Assembly: GCA_043747615.1 (NCBI GenBank)
Contig: JAYTOU010000038.1
Location: forward strand, 1 to 64,000
Direction of reading: 5' to 3'
DNA length: 64,000 nucleotides
From: Myxococcales bacterium
GTDB taxonomy: Bacteria > Myxococcota_A > Polyangia > Polyangiales > Polyangiaceae
Below the pieces are notes generated by a model. It was given only the letters and a program-made list of their open reading frames with translations. It searched no databases and was not told the DNA's origin. The translations under genes and the position numbers were made by a program. Below, in pieces: positions 1 to 9,307 of this stretch. Each line of letters opens with the position of its first letter. Within the stretch, counting starts at the first letter, position 1.

Positions 1-4
1 GGCG

Positions 5-235
5 ATGGCGGCCCGCGTCTATCAGCTTCTTCGCGACCGAAAGACAATCGGCGAGATCGTCTGCGAGACTGAGCTCACGCCCGCCGAGGTTCGCGCCATT
101 TTCGAGCAGCTCACGACTCCGCTTGGACAGCGCACCCGCGAGGAGCGTGACGCTGAGGACCGGCGGGAGTGGAAGGAACACGAAAAGGAAATGCTCACGC
201 TCGAGCGCGCCGGACGGAAACGGCGAAGCCGATAA
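5..235 (+). CDS. Hypothetical protein, probably 5'-truncated by the window edge; possible helix-turn-helix
   Basis: Helical HTH-like segment (KTIGEIVCETELTPAEVRAIFEQ) and a charged tail; the frame is open to the window start. Confidence 0.5.
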   Translation: MAARVYQLLRDRKTIGEIVCETELTPAEVRAIFEQLTTPLGQRTREERDAEDRREWKEHEKEMLTLERAGRKRRSR

Positions 236-286
236 ACCTTCCGAGCCACCACTGACGGAACGTCGACTTCGCGCCATCCCAAGAGG

Positions 287-742
287 TCACCGGCAGCGGA
301 ATAGCTTCGAGCCCGGGTCACGTGAGATCGCGTCGGGACCGACGCACTTCTGTCCGCTCGGGCACTCGCAGTCCTCGCTGCAGAGTTGCAGAGCTGCTGG
401 GTCTCGGCGGCAAATCTCTGGGGTGACGCAGCCGGAGCTGAGATAGGTCCCCCCAAAACCCACGCTCGCGCAGCAGACACTCCCGACATCGCAGTCTTCC
501 GCGTCGTCGCACTTCAATAGCTCGTCTTTGCAAGGGGTCGGCCCAAAGCAAATGCCGGCGCCGTCGCTGGGGCCATTGCAGCACGAATGAAGTGGGCCCC
601 CGCAGACCGTGCCGTTGCAAGCCACCGTCGCGTTCGACGGATTGTGCTCACATGCCGGACGTGAAGAGCCGGACGTGCACCCTGACGGGACGATCAACAC
701 GGTGGCCGCCAAAAGGACGGCTGCTCGCGCGTGGCGGCGCAT
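287..742 (-). CDS. Cys-rich secreted lipoprotein
   Basis: ATG at 742 gives MRRHARAAVLLAATVLIVPSGC (signal peptide with lipobox-like Cys); many Cys, including CDDAEDC..CC. Confidence 0.7.
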   Translation of the reverse strand: MRRHARAAVLLAATVLIVPSGCTSGSSRPACEHNPSNATVACNGTVCGGPLHSCCNGPSDGAGICFGPTPCKDELLKCDDAEDCDVGSVCCASVGFGGTYLSSGCVTPEICRRDPAALQLCSEDCECPSGQKCVGPDAISRDPGSKLFRCR

Positions 743-977
743 ATCGAAAACAAGCATCGAGCCTAGCCTCCCTCGTCGGCGATGGTCACGGTCGCCTCGC
801 GAGACTAGCAGTCTCGAAGCGAGCACTGCATACATGGACGGAGGGACGCGCTCACGCTCACATACCCCGACGAATCGAGGGACGTCGGAGCGATTCCCCT
901 TGAAGGCTGATGACCTCCCCTGTCAGCACTAGTGTGAGCTGTTTTTTGTTCTGCGCGTCCAAATGGGGGGGCATCGC

Positions 978-3900
978 ATGCGACGATCGTGGGCCTTAGG
1001 AGTCTTCTCGGCGTCGTTGCTAGCCGCACTTGCCAACTGCTCGAGCGGACCCTCTTCAGCGGAGAAAACAGGGTCGAATGCATCAGCGCTCCGCTCCCCG
1101 ATTTATTCGGGTGGGGCACGCAAGGTCTGCCAGCTGATTGGAAATACTGATTTTCAAACGGGACAGCCCACCAAGAGCCAGAGCGGAACGCGAGGAGTCC
1201 CCGGCACGGACCTTGGCTTCCCCATTCTGGACGACAGCGGTCGTCTCCGCTTTTTTTTCGGGGACACACTTTCGGGGCCCGAAGGTCACGACGTTCTCGG
1301 TTTCACGGACTCGCCTTTCGAACTCGGGTCAGGGACGGCCGAATGCCCGACGCTTCAATTCGCGAATTCGGATCAAGAGACCACGATCACTCTCGACGGG
1401 AATGTTCTTGGCGACTTCGAAACCCCGATTGGCGGATTTTTCACTGGCTTCGCTGGTTCGCCCAAAGAAAAGTTTTACATGTTCTTCAACGTTAGGAATG
1501 ACAAGGGAGTCGCGTCGAGCGGAGTGATCGCCGCCGGAGGATCATTCCCAGGTGGAGGACCATACGGAGGGCGAGCGGTTCTCGGCATGTCGGACCTCGC
1601 GACGGCGAACGCGTTTCGAAGCGTGGCCGGAGCACCCACAGATCTCGACCACTTCGTCGAAATTTGGCCCGTGCTTGTGGACGCGAGCGCCGTACCGTCG
1701 GTTGATCAGGCCTTGCCTGGCGCCGGACCGATCGTGCTCATGTGGGGCGCGGGTCACCCCATCCGAGCGAGCGGGGTGTATCTAGCAGCGGTTCGCCTCG
1801 GTCAGATTGGCGATGCGACGAGCTGGCGCTACCAAAGGTTCGACACGTGGACGAAGGACCCCACCGCCGCTACGACCGTCTACTCGACTGAGCCCGACCC
1901 GTGCGTCGGAGAACTCTCCGTTTCGCGAAACACCGTCCTCAACCAGTGGATGATGGTGTACGCGTGCCTGAAACAACCTTGGTTCCCGGAGGTCAATCGA
2001 GGAATTTACCTCCGCACGTCGGACGACCCACTCGGTCCTTGGTCACCGCCGGCGCTCGTCTTTGATGCAGGTGCGGATCGCGGCTACGGGCATTTCATGC
2101 ACTCGTGCAACGCGCGCGGTGTCTACGCGGGGGACGGGACGACGCTGGTGCCACCGCTGCATGAGCCCCACGCGGCAGCACCGCAGGCGTCTTGCCCGCT
2201 CCCCGCAAACGCGAAGTGCATCGACACTAGCCTGCCTCCTCCAGCGGGTTGCGATCCACCCAAGGACAGCGATGGCCACGCGCCTCAGGGCTGCTGCACC
2301 GATCAGAACGTCTGCTGCGACCACACCTATAGCCCCGACATGGGCTCGAATGTGTGGGGCGGCGAATACGCTCCTTACCCAATCCAACTTTACTCGAAGG
2401 CCACGGGCTTCGTGCCGCGGTCGACAACCTTGGCTTCGGGGACCTCTCTCTACTTCATGATGTCCACGTGGAATCCGTACGCCGTCGACCTGATGGCGAC
2501 CGGAGTAGCGGTCGACGACGCGGACGGTGACGGTGTCGACAACGACGTCGACAACTGTCCCGCCGCTTACAATCCGAATCAGGAAAACTGCAACGAGAAG
2601 TCGGAAGATTCGTGGAACGAAAGAAACCAAGGCAGCCCGGTTCCGCGGGTTGACGTGCTTGGAGACGCGTGTGATCCGGTCCCCTGTCCTGATTCAAATG
2701 CCAATCGTACGACCGCTACGACTTCGGCCCCGATCGGAGGCTGCTCGCCGCTCAGTGGGCCTTCCCTCGGGATCTCTTGCGTCGTCAGAGAAATTCACGA
2801 TCAGATTGACTTCATACCCGTTGGTGCCAGCGCCACTTTGGTCGAGTCCGTGAACCATCCTACGCCCGCTGCGACCGTATCGAACGTCACGACGCACGCT
2901 CGCTTTTGCCAACAAAATTTCGCGCGCGGCTTCGATTGTTATGCGGCCAGAAACGTCCGGGACAGTTTCCTCGACCGGCTGTATGCGGGCCCTGACTCTG
3001 AGCAGCGTATGGACACCGCTCATCCCTGGCATCGAATCAGGCTGTCGCCGCAGGTCCGCCTCATTGATCCTCGGACCCTCCAGACCGTTCAATTCTACGA
3101 CGCGACCCGGGCTCGGGGCGCACCGCTAGACCCCGCCACGTATGGGCTCGATACCGGAAATCTCCGATGGGAGTATGCCGACGACGATGATTACTGGCGC
3201 AACAAGAGCCCGCATACCGTCGTGATACCCCCGCCGGAAGACTACGCCGCCTGCATTCAGCCCATCTTCGGCAACGGGACTTGCCTCAAGGGGCGCATCT
3301 GGCTCCACGGGGATACACCCGTCGGCTCTGACGAGAACAATCAAACGGCCGATGGAACTTTCGTTGGATTTCATGCCATCGAGCTGGCGAATCACTACTT
3401 CGATATTAAGCCAGACGAACCGGTCTCTTTTCTCCGTGGCGGTGTTGGCGTGAGACTGTCGAGCCCCTTCTTCCTCGCTCGAACGCTCCCCGACCCTCCA
3501 GGTCCCGAAGCGTGGAACTTCTTCGCTCAAGGGGAAGCCTTCCCCTTCGTGACGGAACTCGGATCAAATTCGATCTTCGCCGTGCGCGAGCGCGGCGAAC
3601 GCGTCGACGTCACGGCGTCACTCGGACTAGCCTTTGCGCAGAGCTTGAGGGCGGCCAGTTTCACCTGGACGAACGCCGGCGAGTCGAGCCCGTTCGCAGG
3701 CGATCTGGCACGGCCCATGGCTGTGGCCCTCTCGTCCGATGGGACCCAGATCGCCATGCGCGCGGCGTCGCAGAATGGGAAATTCGTCCTCACCCAGCAG
3801 CTCGACCTTGTCGCGCGAAAAGCATACAACCCCGATGGCTGGACCGACGCTGCGCAGCGTTTCTCGTCTGCGGTGCGCTTCGCAATCCCGAGCTCGATTC

Positions 3901-4898
3901 CCGTCTTCGAAGGAAGCGCAGACAGTCAATCGTGCAGCATCAGCTGGCGCGTTTCCGCGGACAATTCGGTTACATGTACCTTCCGGGGACCAGGCCAGAC
4001 GACGGGTGGCGATACCCAAGTTGTGAATCCGGATCGCGTCACCGCATACCACTTTCAATCGTGCACCAACGGGGCAAAGGCTGGCGACGTGGCCGAGGTG
4101 ACCGGGCTCAGCCTTCATATCGACAACGGTGACGGTCGTTTTGGCACGACCTCGGTTCGTTTGCCGCTCTCCGTCTGGGAATCGGATGCAGCGGGTTTCT
4201 CTGTCCCGCCACCCGTCCCAAGCGCGACCGCAACGCACCCCGCCTCGCGTCGTGATTTTGCGTCCGTCTACTCGCGTACTGCAAATGCCGTGTTCGTCGT
4301 GGGGGGTCGCACGCCTGCGGGCGCGTTCCTCGACGACATTTGGTTCCAGCCTCTCGGTGGAGAGTGGAAACAAGTAGAGCTGCCGCATGGTGTACTTGGC
4401 CACCCGCTGTCGGCGACGTACTCGTGGGCCGACCGACGCCTCTGGGTGATCGACGAAATTCAACGCGCCGACCACAAGATGGAAACGCGCCTTCTGCGCA
4501 TTGAACGCGAAACCGGTGCTTTTGAAGTCGTCGCGAAGGCTCGCTCCTCGGGTGTGTTCGAGAAGCGCGGGCTCGTCGTCGATCCGCAGGGCAACGTCGT
4601 CCTCTATGCTTCGAGTACGCCCGCTGACCGACATCGACTCGCCCGCGTGACGGTCAAGCCGTCTTCCTTCGGTGTCGCTGTCACCGACTCGGAACGCCGC
4701 GCGTTGATCACAGCGCCCATCGTCGACCTGCACGGCTATCGGTTTCTCTTCGTCCCGCACCGCGACGATGAGGACGATGATGACCGCGAGCGTGCCGATC
4801 GTGGCCGCCATCGAGAAACGCCGTCCGACGGTGTGCGTCTCAAGTCACTGCCCTTCCATTCCGCGAGTCTACGGGAGCTTGAGGATCTTCTTAGATGA
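978..4898 (+). CDS. Large lipoprotein: DUF4185 (GH183-like) domain, thrombospondin type 3 Ca-binding repeat, C-terminal beta-propeller/Kelch-like region
   Basis: Signal peptide ending LANC; GTDLG...FFFGDT, GELSV, WSPP and YAPY/MSTWNPY motifs of DUF4185; DADGDGVDNDVDNCP TSP3 repeat; VFVVGG...DDIW Kelch-like blade. Confidence 0.75.
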   Translation: MRRSWALGVFSASLLAALANCSSGPSSAEKTGSNASALRSPIYSGGARKVCQLIGNTDFQTGQPTKSQSGTRGVPGTDLGFPILDDSGRLRFFFGDTLSGPEGHDVLGFTDSPFELGSGTAECPTLQFANSDQETTITLDGNVLGDFETPIGGFFTGFAGSPKEKFYMFFNVRNDKGVASSGVIAAGGSFPGGGPYGGRAVLGMSDLATANAFRSVAGAPTDLDHFVEIWPVLVDASAVPSVDQALPGAGPIVLMWGAGHPIRASGVYLAAVRLGQIGDATSWRYQRFDTWTKDPTAATTVYSTEPDPCVGELSVSRNTVLNQWMMVYACLKQPWFPEVNRGIYLRTSDDPLGPWSPPALVFDAGADRGYGHFMHSCNARGVYAGDGTTLVPPLHEPHAAAPQASCPLPANAKCIDTSLPPPAGCDPPKDSDGHAPQGCCTDQNVCCDHTYSPDMGSNVWGGEYAPYPIQLYSKATGFVPRSTTLASGTSLYFMMSTWNPYAVDLMATGVAVDDADGDGVDNDVDNCPAAYNPNQENCNEKSEDSWNERNQGSPVPRVDVLGDACDPVPCPDSNANRTTATTSAPIGGCSPLSGPSLGISCVVREIHDQIDFIPVGASATLVESVNHPTPAATVSNVTTHARFCQQNFARGFDCYAARNVRDSFLDRLYAGPDSEQRMDTAHPWHRIRLSPQVRLIDPRTLQTVQFYDATRARGAPLDPATYGLDTGNLRWEYADDDDYWRNKSPHTVVIPPPEDYAACIQPIFGNGTCLKGRIWLHGDTPVGSDENNQTADGTFVGFHAIELANHYFDIKPDEPVSFLRGGVGVRLSSPFFLARTLPDPPGPEAWNFFAQGEAFPFVTELGSNSIFAVRERGERVDVTASLGLAFAQSLRAASFTWTNAGESSPFAGDLARPMAVALSSDGTQIAMRAASQNGKFVLTQQLDLVARKAYNPDGWTDAAQRFSSAVRFAIPSSIPVFEGSADSQSCSISWRVSADNSVTCTFRGPGQTTGGDTQVVNPDRVTAYHFQSCTNGAKAGDVAEVTGLSLHIDNGDGRFGTTSVRLPLSVWESDAAGFSVPPPVPSATATHPASRRDFASVYSRTANAVFVVGGRTPAGAFLDDIWFQPLGGEWKQVELPHGVLGHPLSATYSWADRRLWVIDEIQRADHKMETRLLRIERETGAFEVVAKARSSGVFEKRGLVVDPQGNVVLYASSTPADRHRLARVTVKPSSFGVAVTDSERRALITAPIVDLHGYRFLFVPHRDDEDDDDRERADRGRHRETPSDGVRLKSLPFHSASLRELEDLLR

Positions 4899-6271
4899 CG
4901 CGCTGGAAGCACCTCGTTGTGGCCGGCGCCATACCGGTTGCCGCGTTGTACATCGTCGGATGCTATGGCTGCTCGACCAGCACCGAAGGGGCTTCGTCGT
5001 CGGACGGTGGAGCGGACGCGGTGCCCCGTCCGAAGCTCGACGCGGGATACGTCGATGAGACGAGCCCGGGGTCTCCGCCGGATGCGGGTCCCGTCTTCGG
5101 CCCCGAGGGATGGATAAGGGACGACTCGTTCGACCCGGCATGCGGGTTCTACGTCGCGCCATCGAAGGACAAGCTGCCTCCGCCGATCATGTGGGGGGGA
5201 TGCGATCCGAGTTTGAGTGATGCAGGGCTTAGCTGCCGCCAAATGGCCCTCAATTGGCCCCCTCCGTCCGACGGCCAGTCGCTCTCAGCGCCCCTCGACG
5301 GTTCCGCCGCAACGAACAACTCCGACGGCGGTGTCACCCTGCAAGTCACCCGATTTACGAAGACGTTCGGCTATCGTCTCGTCGCCGATGCCGATGGGCC
5401 GGTCCACCAAGCGGTGCTGGAGACGAGCAAACATTGCACGCTCACCCGGAGCAGCCTCAAAGACCACCAGGTCGCGTACACGGCCGCCGAACTGGCGCCT
5501 GGCGGTTTCGGAAGCATTCGGTGGGGAGCCCTCGGTGGGGATATCGACGAGCTTCACCCTCGCACGCTGCGGAACTATCCGGACACGGGTGATCGCGACT
5601 ACTTGGCGGGAACTTCCGATTTCTTCGAGAACGGCCCCAACGGTCTCAACCTGTACTCATGGGCTGACGGATCGCTCATCCAAAGACTCTCCTTGATCCC
5701 CTCGGATCCGGGACAGGTGGGACAATACTGGCATCAGGGCGATGCGCTTTTCTTCACGGCGAGCAACTCGAACTTCGCGAGAATCAAAATTTTTACTCGT
5801 GCGAACGGCATGCGCGACTTCGTCTCATTCGGGAACGTCATATCAAACAGCGCGGCGGACTTTGGTACGGACGGCGTCAACATGGCGTGGATCGAAGCAA
5901 GCGGCCGCGCGACGTCTGCCGATCCATGGACAGCGTTCAACATCATGACCGCGCCTTACACCACGGACCCGACCGCCATCGTGAAGCGCCGACTTCGGTC
6001 CGAAGATATCGGCTATTTTGCCACCGCCCAGTTCACCGTTGGATGCGGGTACGCGGCGCACCAGTTCGTGAGCGGCACCGTGGGCGGAGTGCGGATCGTC
6101 CGTCTCTCTGACGGGGTGTCGTGGAAGTTGTCGAGCAAGGGGTCGTCTGGGTGGAACGGTCCGACAGCGCTCACGTGCGCCGAGCTCTTCGTCAATGTCG
6201 TCAACGGCAATGAGTTCAACATTGCCCGCGTGCGGCTTGATTCGCTCGGGCCAGGGATCCCCCCCGACTAG
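4895..6271 (+). CDS. Hypothetical secreted/lipoprotein, beta-rich
   Basis: ATGA overlap with the upstream stop; signal peptide with GCYGC; DGG/DAG low-complexity linker; beta-strand-rich body. Confidence 0.75.
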   Translation: MTRWKHLVVAGAIPVAALYIVGCYGCSTSTEGASSSDGGADAVPRPKLDAGYVDETSPGSPPDAGPVFGPEGWIRDDSFDPACGFYVAPSKDKLPPPIMWGGCDPSLSDAGLSCRQMALNWPPPSDGQSLSAPLDGSAATNNSDGGVTLQVTRFTKTFGYRLVADADGPVHQAVLETSKHCTLTRSSLKDHQVAYTAAELAPGGFGSIRWGALGGDIDELHPRTLRNYPDTGDRDYLAGTSDFFENGPNGLNLYSWADGSLIQRLSLIPSDPGQVGQYWHQGDALFFTASNSNFARIKIFTRANGMRDFVSFGNVISNSAADFGTDGVNMAWIEASGRATSADPWTAFNIMTAPYTTDPTAIVKRRLRSEDIGYFATAQFTVGCGYAAHQFVSGTVGGVRIVRLSDGVSWKLSSKGSSGWNGPTALTCAELFVNVVNGNEFNIARVRLDSLGPGIPPD

Positions 6272-6407
6272 ATTCGCCGGCCTCGCGGTGCTCGGCAGAG
6301 GACCAGGCCTCGCCCAATTTACGGGGCGTACGCTACGTCGATCGGAGAACCGCGCGATGAGTTGCTTGGCAATTTTTTGGACACCACCCGCGCGGTGTGA
6401 AACAATT

Positions 6408-6484
6408 TGGCGCGCGACAGAGGATTCGAACCTCTGACCTACGGCTTCGGAGGCCGGTGCTCTATCCAGCTGAGCTAGTCGCGC
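6408..6484 (-). tRNA. tRNA-Arg(CCG)
   Basis: Minus strand GCGCGACTAGCTCAGCTGGATAGAGCA...CTCCGAA loop...GGTTCGAATCC...GTCGCGCGCCA; 77 nt, CCA encoded. Confidence 0.95.
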
Positions 6485-6627
6485 ATGCACAACAACAACA
6501 ACAATTTTACTGGTTACTGCTTTCTCCTCGTCATGGTTTTTCGCAAGGGCCGAAGCGACATTCCTCGCACGACCTAGGTGATCCGGCAAGAGGTGCGCGC
6601 AGCCCGGTCGTGTGCGTCGTCGAATCG

Positions 6628-7899
6628 TCAGTCTGCAGCACTGAGGGTGACCTCGTCGTCGGCAACGGGCGCTCGGCGGGGTCGGTCCGAGGTGACGCCG
6701 AGGTGCCCAGACGCTGGGAGGCGCACGTGGACGCTCGTGCCGCCGTGTGGTCGAGCGACGATCTGGATGTCGCCGCCGTGGTCGCGCACCGTCGATCGTG
6801 CGATGTAGAGACCGAGGCCGGTGCCCTCTCGCTTGGACGTGACGAAAGGATCGAAGATGCGGTCACCGAGATCGGCGGGAATGCCGACGCCGTCGTCGTT
6901 CACTTCGATGACGACGGTGTCGCCGTCCATGCGCGTGATGAGACTAATTTCTGCGGGGCGCGCGCGACCAACCGCGGCAGCTTGGGCGGCATTGAGGAGC
7001 AAGTTCAAGAACACCTGGCCGAGTCGCGGAGGATTCGCGCGGACCGGCGCAACATCGCCATAGTCACGGACGACCACTGCGCTCTGGCAAATGTCGCCGC
7101 GCGCGATGTTGACGGCCGACTCGAGGATCTGGCGGACGTCGACGCCCTCCACGTGTTCGTTCCCTGGTCGCGAGAACGCCTTCAGGTCGCAGGCGATATG
7201 ACGAACGCGATCCATCCCTTCGCGCGCGGTAGCCAACATTTGCTCGATTTGCGCGATCTCTTCGGCGGCACCTTCGTGGCCATCTGCCCCGAGCCGCGCA
7301 ACTAGAAGCGGTACGCGGCGCGCGAGCATCTCGAAGTTGTTCAGAGCGTAGGCCAACGGTGTGTTGATCTCGTGGGCGACGCCGGCCGCGATCATCCCGA
7401 AGGCACCGAGTCGATCGGCCTGTACGAGCCGCGCTTGAATGAGGCGTCGCTCGGTGATGTCGCGAATGATGCTGAGGAGCATGCGGCGACCGCCGACCAT
7501 CGCGCACCGCGAGCCCACCTCGACTGCGAAGGTCGTCCCGTCTTTGCGGCGGTGCTCGGTCTCGAATAGGACGCCCGTTGCGAAGGCCTTTTCGAGCTGT
7601 GCAGGATAATCGATGAGCGTGGGCGAGGCGCGGAGCTCCGTCATGGGACGCCCGACCAGCTCGGTCCGACAGTAGCCGTAGGCGCGTTCGGCTGCATGGT
7701 TCGCTTCCACGATGAAGCCGCGTTCGTCGATGAAGAGAACGATGTCGTGCGTGTGCTGCGCGAGAAGCTCGTAGCGCTCGCCCCGAAGCCCACGCTCTCT
7801 TCGCGCGGTGCGCTTGGCGCTATCGAAGATGAGAATGCCGTCCGTCGATTTCTCGAAAAACGTCCGAAGTATTTCGACGAACCTAGCTGGCGACGGCAT
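6628..7899 (-). CDS. PAS-domain sensor histidine kinase
   Basis: PAS/PAC (DITERR), H-box AHEINTPL, N-box QVFLNLLLNA, G-boxes DDGVGI and GTGLGL; ATG at 7899. Confidence 0.9.
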   Translation of the reverse strand: MPSPARFVEILRTFFEKSTDGILIFDSAKRTARRERGLRGERYELLAQHTHDIVLFIDERGFIVEANHAAERAYGYCRTELVGRPMTELRASPTLIDYPAQLEKAFATGVLFETEHRRKDGTTFAVEVGSRCAMVGGRRMLLSIIRDITERRLIQARLVQADRLGAFGMIAAGVAHEINTPLAYALNNFEMLARRVPLLVARLGADGHEGAAEEIAQIEQMLATAREGMDRVRHIACDLKAFSRPGNEHVEGVDVRQILESAVNIARGDICQSAVVVRDYGDVAPVRANPPRLGQVFLNLLLNAAQAAAVGRARPAEISLITRMDGDTVVIEVNDDGVGIPADLGDRIFDPFVTSKREGTGLGLYIARSTVRDHGGDIQIVARPHGGTSVHVRLPASGHLGVTSDRPRRAPVADDEVTLSAAD

Positions 7900-7969
7900 C
7901 TCTCGGGCGGATCTTAGTCCTACCCGCGGCGAGCGAAAGGCGAACTGTGCGCGAACGAACGCCGGGCCG

Positions 7970-9307
7970 TTAGCCCTTCTTCTTTTTTTTCGCCGTGGCC
8001 GTGTCCGCGATGCTCGGGCGGCGCGACCGGGGTCTGGTGAGCGCGGTTCCGTCGGGATCATCCCACGGGTCAGAAGGCGTCGGTGGATCGCTGTCGAAGT
8101 TCGGAAGGTGCTCGCTCTCGGGCATCGGCTCAAACACGATCGGAATTTCCACGGACGTCGCCATCATGAGCTGCGAGGCCGAGCGCGGACGCATCTCCGC
8201 ACCGAGCATCTCGGCACCCGGCATGACGTGCGGCATCGGCGTCAGCCCCGTTATGTCCGACGGCGGCGCCGGCGGCGGCGTCTTCCTCGGAGCGCGGTGA
8301 AGGGCTGCAAGCTCGTGGAACCGCTGCCGCAGATGCTGCAGTCGATCGGCTTGGAGGTCCGGCTGGGAGGGGAGAACCAGCGGCGCCGGCGCTGTCATCT
8401 TCAGCGATTCGAGAGCATGCGCGAAGGCCTCGGCGGTAGGGTAGCGCGCGCCGCGATCCGGCATGAGGACCCGCTTGAGCACCTCGTCGATGGAACGCGG
8501 GAGCGTTGGCTCGAGGCGGCGGATCGGCGCGAAGTCGGCAGAGACCACGCGCGTGAAGAGCTCTTTCGGATTCGCGCCGTGGAACGGACGCTGGCCGGTA
8601 AGCATCTCGTACAAGATCACTCCGCACGCAAAGATGTCGACTCGCCCGTCGAGATCGCGCATGCCCCGGATTTGTTCGGGCGCCATGTAGAAGGGCGTTC
8701 CCACGGCAAATCCTACCTGGGTGAGATCCTGCAGGTCATCTTCCCCGAAATGCGCTGAGGCTAGCTTCGACGCGCCGAAATCGAAGATCTTCGCGTGCGC
8801 TTCGTAGCCGGGCGCTTCGATGATGAAGATGTTGGAGGGCTTCACGTCGCGATGAAAAATTCCCCCGCGGTGGGCTGCGCTCAGCCCGGAGAGCACCTGG
8901 ACCATCAGGTGGAGCGTCAACGGCAGGGATAATTTTTTTTGCCGCTCGAGGCGGTCAGCGAGCGTCTCGCCGAGCATCCGCTCCATCACGATGAACGGTG
9001 TTCCGTCGGGTAGCGTGCCGAGATCGTAGAGCGCACACACGTTCGGGTGCGCGATGGCAGCTCCCGCGCGACCCTCCCGCAAGAAACGTTTTTGGATCGT
9101 CTCCGTTTGCCCCACGGCGGGAACTTTCATGGCGACCGTTCGGCGCATCGACGAGTCCTCGGCCTCGTACACGCTGCCATTGCCCCCCATGCCGACGACG
9201 CCGCGCACGAAATATTTTCCAGCGACCATTTGGCCAACCAGGCCCCGGTGATCGGGGACGTGCTGAGCCCTTTTCTTGCCTGGCTGGGGGGGGCGACGGG
9301 GGCTCAA
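7970..9307 (-). CDS. Ser/Thr protein kinase with Pro-rich C-terminal tail
   Basis: GMGGNGSVY, VAMK, HRDVKPSN, DFG, APE; probable TTG start overlapping the upstream TGA (TTGA at 9304-9307); start uncertain. Confidence 0.9.
   Translation of the reverse strand: MSPRRPPQPGKKRAQHVPDHRGLVGQMVAGKYFVRGVVGMGGNGSVYEAEDSSMRRTVAMKVPAVGQTETIQKRFLREGRAGAAIAHPNVCALYDLGTLPDGTPFIVMERMLGETLADRLERQKKLSLPLTLHLMVQVLSGLSAAHRGGIFHRDVKPSNIFIIEAPGYEAHAKIFDFGASKLASAHFGEDDLQDLTQVGFAVGTPFYMAPEQIRGMRDLDGRVDIFACGVILYEMLTGQRPFHGANPKELFTRVVSADFAPIRRLEPTLPRSIDEVLKRVLMPDRGARYPTAEAFAHALESLKMTAPAPLVLPSQPDLQADRLQHLRQRFHELAALHRAPRKTPPPAPPSDITGLTPMPHVMPGAEMLGAEMRPRSASQLMMATSVEIPIVFEPMPESEHLPNFDSDPPTPSDPWDDPDGTALTRPRSRRPSIADTATAKKKKKG

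Noticed and set aside
6489..6503. (CAA)5 run upstream of tRNA-Arg
   Set aside because: Short microsatellite with no evidence of function
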